Shown piece after piece: positions 23,021 through 32,122 of a stretch of DNA of 48,852 nt (the first letter of the stretch is position 1; every line of letters begins with the position of its first letter). This stretch comes from a virus: IMG/VR virus record IMGVR_UViG_3300010399_000003, positions 1 to 48,852 of that record. One strand, 5' to 3'. Under the pieces are notes generated by a model that was not told the origin of the DNA, ran no database searches, and was given only the letters and a program-made list of their open reading frames with translations. The translations under genes and the position numbers were made by a program.

Positions 23021-24537
23021 TGGGACACTTCACAATCGCCAAACCGACGCACGAGCAACTCGCCATTCGTGACGAGTTCATCCATGGTCGGAAACCGTTC
23101 ATGGTCGTTGCTCGTGCAGGTGTTGGAAAGACCACGATGTCCTTCGATGGCATCGAACATTGTCCGGAGGTGCAGCGCGGCTGGGTGCTCTATCTCGCGT
23201 TCAACAAGAAGATCGAGATTGCCGCGAAAGAGAAAAACGGCGTCATCGTCGTCCGTGGGAAAGATGTGGGCACCCCATTGATTCCGCGATTGGAAATCAA
23301 GACCATTCACAGCACCGGCCTGCGCTTTATCCGAACTCGATGGCGTGATTGTGGAATCAGCTTCGAAGGAGAACGCGCGGATGCACTGACGGCAAGTGTG
23401 TGCGGAGCAACCGTGCCGGAAGACGTCGCGCGATTGGTCACGAAACTGCATACGAAGGCTCGTGAGATTAATCCGATGGCGCGTGCTATTGGCGATCTCA
23501 CAGACTTGGCCTTGCAGTTCGAATGCGAGCCAGACGAGGAGCATCAGATCAAAGGGTTTAATCTGGATTATGTCGAAGCACGCGCACTCGAAGCGATGGA
23601 GTTGGCGGCCATGAAAGAACCGTCAATCATCGATGGCGCCGACATGATCTTCCTGCCAATCCGCAATGGATGGTTGCGGCCGACGTGGGATTTTGCACTC
23701 GTCGATGAAACGCAGGATATGACTCCAGCCCAACTGCTCATCGCCAAAGGGATTGGAAAAGGTCGCCTCGGATTGGTCGGCGATGACCGGCAAGCGATCT
23801 ATCAGTTCCGCGGCGCGGGAGTCGGCACGATGAGTCGGCTTCAGCAGGAACTGCAAGCGAAGACGTATCCGATGACGGTCACCTTTCGGTGCGGAAAGAA
23901 GATCGTGGAACTCGCGCAGAATTTTGTTCCCGATCTGCAAGCGGCGGACTCCAATCCGGACGGTGAGGTGCTGGAAGGCTCAGTGGAGCAGATGTTGCAG
24001 ATGGCAGCACCCGGCGATTACGTGCTGAGTCGCCTGAATGCTCCACTCATGCCGATTGCGATGTCGTTCCTGAAAGCTGGCAAACGAGCGAAGATCAACG
24101 GCACGGATATCGGTCAGTCGCTCGTAAAGTTAGCGCGCAAATTGATGCGACGTGGTGATGAGTCCGTCGAGAACTTCATCACGCGCATCATGTTGTGGCG
24201 CGATAACCAAGTGTCGCGGCTCATCGCGGCGAAGCGGCCGCAACGCTACATCGATTTCGTCAACGATAAAGCGGAGATGATCATCGACCTTTGTGAAGAC
24301 ATGGGGTCGGTATCGGCTGTCATTTCGAGATTGGAAACACTGTTCATCGATGCTGGTCAGGGTGATACTGGCGTTATCCTGTGCTCCTCGGTCCACAAGG
24401 CGAAGGGTCTGGAAACCGATCGAGTATTCGTGCTCCGCGATTCACTTCGGTCACATACGGAAGAAGAATTGAATATCCAATACGTCGCGTTCACTCGAGC
24501 GAAAACCACGCTCATGCTGGTTAGCGGAGGTGTATAG
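23020..24537 (+). CDS. UvrD/Rep/PcrA-like superfamily 1 DNA helicase
   Basis: Walker A ARAGVGKTT, motif II LVDETQDM, motif III GDDRQAIYQFRGA, TFRCG, VHKAKGLETDRVFV, YVAFTRAKTTL. Confidence 0.9.
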   Translation: MGHFTIAKPTHEQLAIRDEFIHGRKPFMVVARAGVGKTTMSFDGIEHCPEVQRGWVLYLAFNKKIEIAAKEKNGVIVVRGKDVGTPLIPRLEIKTIHSTGLRFIRTRWRDCGISFEGERADALTASVCGATVPEDVARLVTKLHTKAREINPMARAIGDLTDLALQFECEPDEEHQIKGFNLDYVEARALEAMELAAMKEPSIIDGADMIFLPIRNGWLRPTWDFALVDETQDMTPAQLLIAKGIGKGRLGLVGDDRQAIYQFRGAGVGTMSRLQQELQAKTYPMTVTFRCGKKIVELAQNFVPDLQAADSNPDGEVLEGSVEQMLQMAAPGDYVLSRLNAPLMPIAMSFLKAGKRAKINGTDIGQSLVKLARKLMRRGDESVENFITRIMLWRDNQVSRLIAAKRPQRYIDFVNDKAEMIIDLCEDMGSVSAVISRLETLFIDAGQGDTGVILCSSVHKAKGLETDRVFVLRDSLRSHTEEELNIQYVAFTRAKTTLMLVSGGV

Positions 24538-24869
24538 TGCCTGGATTCAGGGAACTCACCGTCAAAGCATTGTTGAAGAAACTCGAAGACACCAAGATTC
24601 CGCGTTACATGCATCACACGCTCGCCTACTACATCGCCGAAGGCAAACCGACTGGTCATTTCCTGACCGCGGTGCTCACGAACGATTTGAAGGAAGCGTG
24701 CAATCGGGCGGACGACGATAACAAGGATCGGCTCTACGATTACGTGTTCTTCCTCTACAACAACGCGCCGTCCGCGTGCTGGGGTTCACCGGAAAACGTG
24801 GCCGAGTGGCGGAAGGAAACAGCCGTGAAGCAGGAGATCGCTGCCGCTGCTGCAGCGGAGGGTTCATGA
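24537..24869 (+). CDS. hypothetical protein
   Basis: GTG overlapping the TAG (TAGTG), with GGAGG 6 nt upstream. Confidence 0.5.
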   Translation: MPGFRELTVKALLKKLEDTKIPRYMHHTLAYYIAEGKPTGHFLTAVLTNDLKEACNRADDDNKDRLYDYVFFLYNNAPSACWGSPENVAEWRKETAVKQEIAAAAAAEGS

Positions 24870-24870
24870 T

Positions 24871-25074
24871 ATGGTCATTCGAGTGCGGTTCGCAAAATTC
24901 GGTGCGCATTTCCATTGTCGGGTGTTCACAGCCAAGCGCAAGAATCAATCGTTCGGCAAATGCGGCGACTTGACCTTCGACGAGCGTGAATGGCCGGAGG
25001 TCCGGGAGATTCTCGAAAGTAGATCGATTGAAGTCTTGCCAGATGATGATTCCCACATCTTTAGTGGGCCGTGA
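24871..25074 (+). CDS. hypothetical protein
   Basis: Track ORF, 1 nt after the upstream stop. Confidence 0.45.
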   Translation: MVIRVRFAKFGAHFHCRVFTAKRKNQSFGKCGDLTFDEREWPEVREILESRSIEVLPDDDSHIFSGP

Positions 25075-25081
25075 GGTGTCA

Positions 25082-25231
25082 ATGCATAAAGTCTATCCGG
25101 AGATCATCGTCAAGCGATGGCTCCTGTCAATCGTGAATTGTTACGGACGTCGACAATTGTACGCAGCGCTGTGTCGTCGCTGGCGTGTCGCACAAGAACG
25201 TCGTATGAGAGGACAAGGGTGGCGAAGATGA
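25082..25231 (+). CDS. small hypothetical protein
   Basis: Internal ATG after GAGGTG. Its stop forms an ATGA with the next start. Confidence 0.35.
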   Translation: MHKVYPEIIVKRWLLSIVNCYGRRQLYAALCRRWRVAQERRMRGQGWRR

Positions 25232-25443
25232 AGTTCGCAGTCACAGCCGTTGCCATCAGCCGGAGGACCCGGCGGCGGATGGGGAAAGCGAAAACCGAGG
25301 TCATTGATACTGCGCACAACGAGTTGTTCATGCAACTCGAAGATCCGAAAGAAATCGAAGAAGCCTACGAACACTGGTGGAATTGCCTCAATCCCAATTC
25401 GCCAGACACAGTCAAAGTGGTTGACGTCAGGAAGGTGGCATGA
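25228..25443 (+). CDS. hypothetical protein
   Basis: ATGA coupling on both sides. Confidence 0.45.
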   Translation: MKFAVTAVAISRRTRRRMGKAKTEVIDTAHNELFMQLEDPKEIEEAYEHWWNCLNPNSPDTVKVVDVRKVA

Positions 25444-25739
25444 TGCCTCGCGTCGCACCGCACACATTTCCAAAAATCTTTCTGTCAATCGTGGAACAAC
25501 TCCACGACATGGGCGCAGTGAATCGAGAAACACCGTTGCCTGAATTTGTCGACATCGATTTCTTCACCGAAGAAGAATTGCAAGCCACCGACGATGCATT
25601 GTCGGAATTGTCAACTGACGAATTCGAGACGCTCTGCATCGGCGAAGCAACCGAAGCCGAGGCAATCGCCGCAAGAAGTCCCGCGCTGACACGTGCAGAT
25701 CAAATCATGCTCTACGTCTTCGACGGGACAAAGCCATGA
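25440..25739 (+). CDS. hypothetical acidic protein
   Basis: ATGA overlap. Confidence 0.5.
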   Translation: MMPRVAPHTFPKIFLSIVEQLHDMGAVNRETPLPEFVDIDFFTEEELQATDDALSELSTDEFETLCIGEATEAEAIAARSPALTRADQIMLYVFDGTKP

Positions 25740-26212
25740 TCATCGGCGTATCGGCCACGTCGCGCGGATTGACCGCGCGACAGAGTGCAACGATCTGGTG
25801 CTTGTTCGATGAATTCCGAATTTCGGTGCTGCATTTCGGCGACTGTGTGGGTGGCGATGCGCAGTTATTTCGTATCGCTCAGCAGATGGGTGCGTGGACG
25901 GTGGCACATCCACCGTCCAACCCCAAAGCGCGTGCCTTCTGCAAAGCCGATCAGACTATGGATCCTGTGCCGTATCTCAAGCGTAATTGGCACATCGTCT
26001 ATGCCTGTGACGGCTTCATCGGTGCGCCGAAGGATTTCCATCAACCGAAGAACCTGCGCGGTCAGGGCACATGGACAACAATCGGATATGCGCGTAAGCG
26101 CCAGAAGGAGATGAACGGGATTCCGAGAATTTGGTTGGTCATGCCGGATGGGACATTTCGCGAGGAGAAGTTCAATGCTGGTGACGCCGGAAACGCATCG
26201 CATCGAGATTGA
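25736..26212 (+). CDS. hypothetical protein, possible SLOG/DprA-like Rossmann fold
   Basis: IIGVSATSRGLTARQ...VLHFGDCVGGDAQ...VAHPP...YLKRNWHIV resembles the GxSGxR...GDxxGxD pattern of SLOG/DUF2493-type phage proteins. From memory of the pattern only. Confidence 0.4.
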   Translation: MIIGVSATSRGLTARQSATIWCLFDEFRISVLHFGDCVGGDAQLFRIAQQMGAWTVAHPPSNPKARAFCKADQTMDPVPYLKRNWHIVYACDGFIGAPKDFHQPKNLRGQGTWTTIGYARKRQKEMNGIPRIWLVMPDGTFREEKFNAGDAGNASHRD

Positions 26213-26414
26213 AGCTCATATCGCGCCACCAATGCAACTGGCGGTGACAATTCCGCTGGCGATTGACGGAAGACACTCGCTCTTCGACGGTTATACCCTC
26301 TATGTGGCACTCGGCGGATTCCACTCGGAACGTCGCGAATCGCGACGTGTCCTGAAAGCCATTGCGAAAGCGATTGGCGAACATCTCAAAACTCTTCCCA
26401 GTGTGGAGGTCTAA
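26175..26414 (+). CDS. hypothetical protein
   Basis: Internal ATG after GGAGA. 38-nt overlap with the upstream gene. Confidence 0.4.
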   Translation: MLVTPETHRIEIEAHIAPPMQLAVTIPLAIDGRHSLFDGYTLYVALGGFHSERRESRRVLKAIAKAIGEHLKTLPSVEV

Positions 26415-26416
26415 AC

Positions 26417-27604
26417 GTGACGAAGATCGACGCGGTCATTCCAATTCATCCTGATGATGTGCTGCTGTTCAACGAAATCCGGAGTGCGATGCAATCAGTC
26501 GCCAAGGAATACAAGCTGCCGTTGAAGTCGATTCAGGGATTTCCAATGCCGGAATCCGGGATGGCAGACCGGCTCGGCGATTGTTCACACGACGGACATA
26601 TTCGTTTGGTCATGCGCTGCACGGTGAACGGCGAGTGGTGTAGCGCACCGTTGAGCCCGAAAGAAATCTGGGACACGGCGGCGCATGAGCTCGCTCACTT
26701 ACGCCACTTCAATCACGGTATTCAGTTCCGCGAGTTTGAGTTAGAGCTCCAAGAGGCTCTGTCCAATCGGAACGAAGATCATCGGCAAAAGCTGCTCAAG
26801 AAGCTCGTGAAGATTCAGAATCTGCGTGAAAGCGAAGCGCAGCTGGGCAACACGGAAGCAGCGGAATCGTTCGCCGCAGCGATCAATCGGATGCTAGTCG
26901 AGAACGAACTCAACCCGTCAGACATCGATTACGCACGTGCCGCAGATCACGATCCGGTCATCGAAGTGCGATGCGATCCGAAAGATTGGGTCTTCAAACG
27001 TGATGATCATGGGCCGTCGAAAGAATCGTATCGGAAAAAGACGCGCGTCGCATGGCAAGAATCGTTGGCGCGTATCGTCGCGAATGGAAATCTGTGCACG
27101 TTCTTGGTCGCGCGTGATACGAACGTCATCTGGTTTGTTGGAACCAAATCACACGCTACCGTCGCGTCGTACATCTACAGCATCCTCGTGCCGAACGCGG
27201 ATTACATGTCCGACAAGGAGAATTACTACTTCAAGCTGAAGTGCAATCGGGAAGGAACGAAGCACCTTGCTCGCGGATTCCGCGGTGCGTGGCTCGATGC
27301 GTTCGTCAAGCGTGTCGAAGAGCGACTGAACGAAGAGCGCAAGGCGGCAGTCAGACAGGCAGCAGCGGACGTGCCAGGCGGTCAATCGCAGGCGCTGATG
27401 CGTCTGAGCGGCGCGCTCTTGAAAGCACAGAAATACGTCGAAGACAAATTCACAGGCAAGAAAAACACGAGCATCAAGGCACTCGGTAGTTGGGCGAAAT
27501 ATCATCGTCAGGGCACCGAGGCTGGACGAGCAGCGGCAGATCGCATGCCGATCGGTCGTCGTGGCATGGATTCGGCAACAGAACGCAAGAAGTTAGGAGA
27601 ATAG
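26417..27604 (+). CDS. SprT-like zinc metalloprotein with central helical DUF2786-like segment
   Basis: AAHELAHLRHFNHG (HExxH...H). The following KLLKKLVKIQNLRESEAQLGNTEAAESFAAAINRMLVENELNPSDI resembles the DUF2786 helical motif. Confidence 0.55.
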   Translation: MTKIDAVIPIHPDDVLLFNEIRSAMQSVAKEYKLPLKSIQGFPMPESGMADRLGDCSHDGHIRLVMRCTVNGEWCSAPLSPKEIWDTAAHELAHLRHFNHGIQFREFELELQEALSNRNEDHRQKLLKKLVKIQNLRESEAQLGNTEAAESFAAAINRMLVENELNPSDIDYARAADHDPVIEVRCDPKDWVFKRDDHGPSKESYRKKTRVAWQESLARIVANGNLCTFLVARDTNVIWFVGTKSHATVASYIYSILVPNADYMSDKENYYFKLKCNREGTKHLARGFRGAWLDAFVKRVEERLNEERKAAVRQAAADVPGGQSQALMRLSGALLKAQKYVEDKFTGKKNTSIKALGSWAKYHRQGTEAGRAAADRMPIGRRGMDSATERKKLGE

Positions 27605-27606
27605 CT

Positions 27607-27825
27607 ATGACCGTAATCCGCAAGGACACATACACGTGCTATTTCCTCAACAGCAATACGGAAAAGACATTTCCAAGCCTCGCAGAAGCACGGGCTGCTG
27701 CCGAAGCGTATTGCGGCAACAATAGTTACGCCAAACCGCTTCCAAGAGACAACACGTTTCTCTACGGACCGGGCGACGGGACAACGTCTGTCATGGTTCG
27801 TCAAGACGTAGAATTCGTAGATTAG
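27607..27825 (+). CDS. hypothetical protein
   Basis: ATG follows AGGAGA. Confidence 0.5.
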   Translation: MTVIRKDTYTCYFLNSNTEKTFPSLAEARAAAEAYCGNNSYAKPLPRDNTFLYGPGDGTTSVMVRQDVEFVD

Positions 27826-27834
27826 GAGTCATCA

Positions 27835-28026
27835 ATGGAAGAACAGATTCGCGAGCTCACAGCTGAAGCGTCGACACTCGGATGGCGACCAGGTTATCGA
27901 CCAGATTCGATTGTGCATCAGGGACTCGTCTTCAACTTGCAAGACACTGATGTCTCCATCGATGGTGATGTCATCGCGTGGATTTACATGGCTCCTGGAA
28001 CCAAATTGACGGTGTTCAATGACTGA
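27835..28026 (+). CDS. hypothetical protein
   Basis: AGGAG upstream. Confidence 0.5.
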   Translation: MEEQIRELTAEASTLGWRPGYRPDSIVHQGLVFNLQDTDVSIDGDVIAWIYMAPGTKLTVFND

Positions 28027-28363
28027 TGTGAAACAAATTCAACGCGACCTCCACGACGCATTAGAATTGATTGACGTCTTGCAACACGCGACGCAACTAC
28101 ACGGATACGAGCGACAACCCTACTATCGGCAGATTCAGCTCCTCCTGACTCGGGTGCAAACACTGCTCCTCCTGACTCAGACACAGGAAAAATTGAAAGT
28201 CTACGTCATCGCGAACAAACAGACTGACGCGATTGCAACCGGACGAATCTTCAGCTCGGCAGAAGCCGCTGATAAAGGTCTGATGAAGTTGGTCTCATGG
28301 GTGGCTTCGGAAGCCGACATCCGACGCATGTTTGAAGTAACCGAAGTGGAGGTCGAGTCATGA
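28019..28363 (+). CDS. hypothetical protein
   Basis: 8-nt overlap with the upstream gene. Confidence 0.5.
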   Translation: MTDVKQIQRDLHDALELIDVLQHATQLHGYERQPYYRQIQLLLTRVQTLLLLTQTQEKLKVYVIANKQTDAIATGRIFSSAEAADKGLMKLVSWVASEADIRRMFEVTEVEVES

Positions 28364-29400
28364 CTCAACTCGCACAACCACCCGGTGTGGCAGCACCGTG
28401 GCAAGTCGCCATGGATTCCCACATGAGCGCATTGAAACTAATCAATCATCTCACGAATCATTCGAATGATCTTGATTCGCGGTGGGCGGTCGATAAATTG
28501 ATCATGGAAGACGCCGTGCCGTTTTCGTGGTCCACCGAATCGATCGAAGCAGTCCTGGCCGCGAGTCGAACAATTCCACCGGATACGGTGCTGAACGTCT
28601 GGAATCTCGATACGAATGCCGCGTGGTGGTATTTCGACCAGGAACTGCCGTTTCCCACGATCAACGGCATCGACGGAATTCCGCCAGAGATCGCATCCAA
28701 AACTGGAGTCAAAGCCATGAGCATCGGATGGGTGTTGCATGCGCCTGAGGTTGCCAAGTTTCCAGCTGGCACCGATGTGCGAATTGTGGAACGCGCAATC
28801 CGGGAAGGTCCACCGAAGAAGCGCATGCTCGCAGTCGCGTCGTGGCTGTTAGACCCACTCAAACGATGGACCATGATTCCATCGCAAACGATGCAATGGG
28901 AGTTGAATGATTCACTCGAAGAATTGATGCGCAAATCGAAAACCAAGCATCAACACTTATACGGACCAGGAGGCAAGTGGGAGCGCGTCGCGCATGTCCA
29001 TGAAGACGTGTTCATGAATGCGGCGGAAGGAATGGCTCGATTCATTTTGGCTGGCTTAGCATGGTTGAATCAGAAGGTGCCGATTCTAGTTCAGTCGGAA
29101 GGGCACATCGAACGGCATCGACGTAAGGAATATCAGAAGAAAGTCAATCCGAGTATCACGCATGTGAAAGTCATTTCGCTGCGTCGGGTGGAGCGCCAAA
29201 AGGCGGCAGACCCCGATACAGCACCCGGCGCAAAGCGCGAATATTCTGTCCGATTTCCCGTGGACGGTCACTGGCGCAATCAACCTTACGGACCGAAGCG
29301 CCATGAACGGCGTTTGATCTGGATTTCGCCATTCATCAAAGGTCCTGCGGATAAACCGCTCCGCGTGCCGGAGCACAAAGTCTACAAGGTGAATCGATAA
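28360..29400 (+). CDS. hypothetical protein (346 aa)
   Basis: ATGA overlap. Long clean ORF with no motif recognised. Confidence 0.6.
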   Translation: MTQLAQPPGVAAPWQVAMDSHMSALKLINHLTNHSNDLDSRWAVDKLIMEDAVPFSWSTESIEAVLAASRTIPPDTVLNVWNLDTNAAWWYFDQELPFPTINGIDGIPPEIASKTGVKAMSIGWVLHAPEVAKFPAGTDVRIVERAIREGPPKKRMLAVASWLLDPLKRWTMIPSQTMQWELNDSLEELMRKSKTKHQHLYGPGGKWERVAHVHEDVFMNAAEGMARFILAGLAWLNQKVPILVQSEGHIERHRRKEYQKKVNPSITHVKVISLRRVERQKAADPDTAPGAKREYSVRFPVDGHWRNQPYGPKRHERRLIWISPFIKGPADKPLRVPEHKVYKVNR

Positions 29401-29513
29401 TGCGTTGGTTTATCTTCAAACTCATCACATACCTGCTAATCTGGTTAGCGAAGATCTTCCTTGGTCTCGCGTTCTGGATAGCTGGCGGGCGAAATGGGAA
29501 AGGGATATCATGA
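29400..29513 (+). CDS. small hydrophobic protein (37 aa, not in ORF track)
   Basis: TAATG overlap at the 5' end and ATGA overlap at the 3' end. Translation is MRWFIFKLITYLLIWLAKIFLGLAFWIAGGRNGKGIS, one TM-like helix. Confidence 0.4.
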   Translation: MRWFIFKLITYLLIWLAKIFLGLAFWIAGGRNGKGIS

Positions 29514-29782
29514 ATCCATGGTGGAGTCAGCAAGAATTCTACTGCAAATGCCAATTTGCACACAGAAGAGATTTCTGGGGTCAATTCATTCCAGGAATAG
29601 ATCCATGGGTGCATGTACACAGACAAGAACCACCGCATGCGTGTGCACGATGCAGTGAATGCAAGGAATATCGTCCTCACATTCCTGAACACATTGGTAT
29701 CAAGATTTTGCTCGGTCCAGAAATATCGGTATCAGAAGCCGCCGATATTTTGCTGGGTAAAGAAGAGAAGGTGGATCGATGA
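29510..29782 (+). CDS. hypothetical Cys/His-rich protein
   Basis: Internal Met of track ORF 29405..29782, coupled by ATGA to the small TM ORF. Confidence 0.45.
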   Translation: MNPWWSQQEFYCKCQFAHRRDFWGQFIPGIDPWVHVHRQEPPHACARCSECKEYRPHIPEHIGIKILLGPEISVSEAADILLGKEEKVDR

Positions 29783-30126
29783 GCAAGAAAATCATTTATC
29801 GCCAAGACTATCTCTCGTCCGACGGCGAAACGAAACACTGGGTTGTCGTCTACGACGATGATTCAATTTCCTGCTCGTGCCGTGGCTTCAGCACACCATC
29901 CAAATGCTGGCATGTAAAAAAAGAAGCCAAAGACATGGGTCTGGAACTCGATATCAGCACATGGGGCGCGAAACTCGGGCCTCCGCTGAAGGATGAACGA
30001 ATGGAAATGCTCGTCAAGGGCAAGACCTTCGTCGCAAATCCGGGACCGCATTCCTATGTGCGGAGTCACCTCACTGTGTGCTATTCGTGCGGAAAACTAA
30101 AGAAGGATCCGATTCACTGGCGATGA
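29779..30126 (+). CDS. SWIM-type zinc-finger protein
   Basis: CSCRGFSTPSKCWH fits the CxCxnCxH SWIM pattern. ATGA overlap. Confidence 0.55.
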   Translation: MSKKIIYRQDYLSSDGETKHWVVVYDDDSISCSCRGFSTPSKCWHVKKEAKDMGLELDISTWGAKLGPPLKDERMEMLVKGKTFVANPGPHSYVRSHLTVCYSCGKLKKDPIHWR

Positions 30127-30332
30127 ATCTGCGAATCTGGGCAGCCTGTCGATTCTGCGACGGACAACACGTGATTGACTCCTACGATCTAGGATTCGGT
30201 CGCGACAAAGCGGTCTGCGCAAACTGCGTCGAGAAACTCGAAGCACAATTTCCATCGAAGATAGCAAAGCAAATTCTGCTCGGCAATCTTCCTGCGCCGC
30301 CTGGTCTTTTCAGACAGAAGGAGAAACCATGA
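30123..30332 (+). CDS. hypothetical zinc-ribbon protein
   Basis: ATGA overlap. CRFC...CANC. Confidence 0.5.
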   Translation: MNLRIWAACRFCDGQHVIDSYDLGFGRDKAVCANCVEKLEAQFPSKIAKQILLGNLPAPPGLFRQKEKP

Positions 30333-30778
30333 TTGATGCATTCCGCGGAAAGTACATGAAATTGAGCAACTACTCGCTCGTGACCATCATGTACGAAGGT
30401 CACGCCTACATGTCCGTCGAACATGCGTATCAAGCACAAAAGACGACGGATCCTGTGTTGCAGAAACAAATTCGTGATTCACCAACTCCGGCGACCGCCA
30501 AGAAACTCGCGCGCAGCGTTCCGCTTCGACCGGATTGGGAAGAAGTCAAAGTGCCGATCATGCTCCAATTGCTTCGTGAGAAATTCGCGCAAGAACCGGA
30601 GCGCACGATTCTCATGACGACCTACGATGAGGAGCTCGTCGAAGGCAACTGGTGGAACGATACCTTCTGGGGCGTCTGCAACGGCGTCGGCGAAAACATG
30701 CTCGGTAAATTGCTCATGAAAGTTCGCCAGGAACTTTGGGAAGAGCTGGCTATGGACGGAGGTTCATTGCCAATATGA
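30329..30778 (+). CDS. NADAR (YbiA/DUF1768) domain protein
   Basis: YMSVEHAYQAQK, PTPATAKKLAR, DWEEVKVPIMLQLLREKF, EELVEGNWWNDTFWG and GENMLGKLLMKVR match the conserved NADAR blocks in order. Confidence 0.85.
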   Translation: MIDAFRGKYMKLSNYSLVTIMYEGHAYMSVEHAYQAQKTTDPVLQKQIRDSPTPATAKKLARSVPLRPDWEEVKVPIMLQLLREKFAQEPERTILMTTYDEELVEGNWWNDTFWGVCNGVGENMLGKLLMKVRQELWEELAMDGGSLPI

Positions 30779-31155
30779 TGATCTTGCTGATCTTGCAACT
30801 TATCGTCGCGCCGGACCACCGTCTGACTCCTGGCTTGATCAGGACCAACATCAGCGCCGTCGAATCGTGCGCGACTCGCTGGAGTCTGGATGCACGGCAC
30901 GTGACTACCAGGATGCGCCGGCAGGTTTTCCAAAGTTACGGCATCGCCTGGAGCGACCGACGCTTCTACGTCGTAGACCACCTGATTCCGCGTGAGCTCG
31001 GCGGCGCAGATGATCTGCGAAATTTGTGGCCACAGAGTAAGGCGAATGCCAAGCGCAAAGATGTATGGGAGAATCGCTTACATCGTGATGTTTGCGCAGG
31101 GCGCATGCGATTTGTCGATGCTCAACGCATTATGCGAAACTGGGATCGTCCCTAA
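30775..31155 (+). CDS. HNH-family nuclease-like protein with N-terminal hydrophobic segment
   Basis: ATGA overlap. MMILLILQLIVAP leader. VVDHLIPRELGGADDLRNLWPQSKANAKRKD resembles the DH...N...N HNH-type motif. Confidence 0.55.
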   Translation: MMILLILQLIVAPDHRLTPGLIRTNISAVESCATRWSLDARHVTTRMRRQVFQSYGIAWSDRRFYVVDHLIPRELGGADDLRNLWPQSKANAKRKDVWENRLHRDVCAGRMRFVDAQRIMRNWDRP

Positions 31156-31171
31156 GACGGAGGTGATTGGA

Positions 31172-31576
31172 ATGAACACAACATTTCGAATAGCGACACA
31201 TTCAGTGCTTCCTGATCGACAGGTTATTGAGATCTGGTGCGCTGGTAGTTTCATTGGGCAAATTACGGCGATCAATGGACGACCTGGTCTACGAGTTCTG
31301 AGTAAGCACGGTTTACGAACAAATCCAATGCCAGAACCTGCTTCAGATGTAACAACACCCGTTGCGGTGGTGGAAGTGGAAGTATTGGTAAAGTCGGCAA
31401 CACCTCACACCGAGTTACTGGAGCCAACCTTGGAACAGCAATTGGCATTCTCATTGGAGATGCAGTCACGACTGGAACGGCGCAACGAAGAACTCGCCGA
31501 TGCGTATGAACAGATGCGTCAGGAACTTGACCGTATCAAGGCGGTAATCCTTGCACTTCATGCGGAACGAAAATGA
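31172..31576 (+). CDS. hypothetical protein
   Basis: ATG follows GGAGGTGA. Coiled-coil C-terminus. Confidence 0.5.
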   Translation: MNTTFRIATHSVLPDRQVIEIWCAGSFIGQITAINGRPGLRVLSKHGLRTNPMPEPASDVTTPVAVVEVEVLVKSATPHTELLEPTLEQQLAFSLEMQSRLERRNEELADAYEQMRQELDRIKAVILALHAERK

Positions 31577-31872
31577 ATACACGAAAAGAAGAAAATGAGC
31601 AAAAAGCACGTGACGTGATTCACGCGCTCAGCAACTATGTCAACGAATGCCGGCCGATCGAATTCCTCGTGGATTCGATGGCAAACGAGCACCCAACGAT
31701 TCAACAGCAGATGACAATCTTCACCTTGCAGTGGTTGCTGCATCTATCCACGTTACATCAATACGACTTGCGAAATTCGAAATCCATCAGCATCGCCAAA
31801 GCCGTCCGTCCGATCTTGGAAGCGAAAGACGTAATTCGCGAAGATGGAAGGGTGCATCTACCATGTATCTAG
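31573..31872 (+). CDS. hypothetical protein
   Basis: ATGA overlap. Confidence 0.5.
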   Translation: MNTRKEENEQKARDVIHALSNYVNECRPIEFLVDSMANEHPTIQQQMTIFTLQWLLHLSTLHQYDLRNSKSISIAKAVRPILEAKDVIREDGRVHLPCI

Positions 31873-32114
31873 AGAATAGCTTGTTCCGCGAGCTCGCGCA
31901 CACAAATCCGAAGCTGTTCATGGTGATGATCTGCTTCCTCGCGTGGTGTATGATCCGCGGCCTCGTGATTCTTGCACTTCGTGCCTTTCGCTTCTGTAAC
32001 ATCTTGTTTCGCGGCTGGCCGCCAACGCACTTGGATGCGGACGGCGACACGTGGATTCCAGGAAATCAAATTCGCAATTCGGTCGATTCACTCTATCCGC
32101 CTAACTCGAAATGA
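31863..32114 (+). CDS. hypothetical membrane protein
   Basis: Internal Met of track ORF 31647..32114. TM-like LFMVMICFLAWCMIRGLVILAL. Confidence 0.45.
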   Translation: MYLENSLFRELAHTNPKLFMVMICFLAWCMIRGLVILALRAFRFCNILFRGWPPTHLDADGDTWIPGNQIRNSVDSLYPPNSK

Positions 32115-32122
32115 GGTGATTG

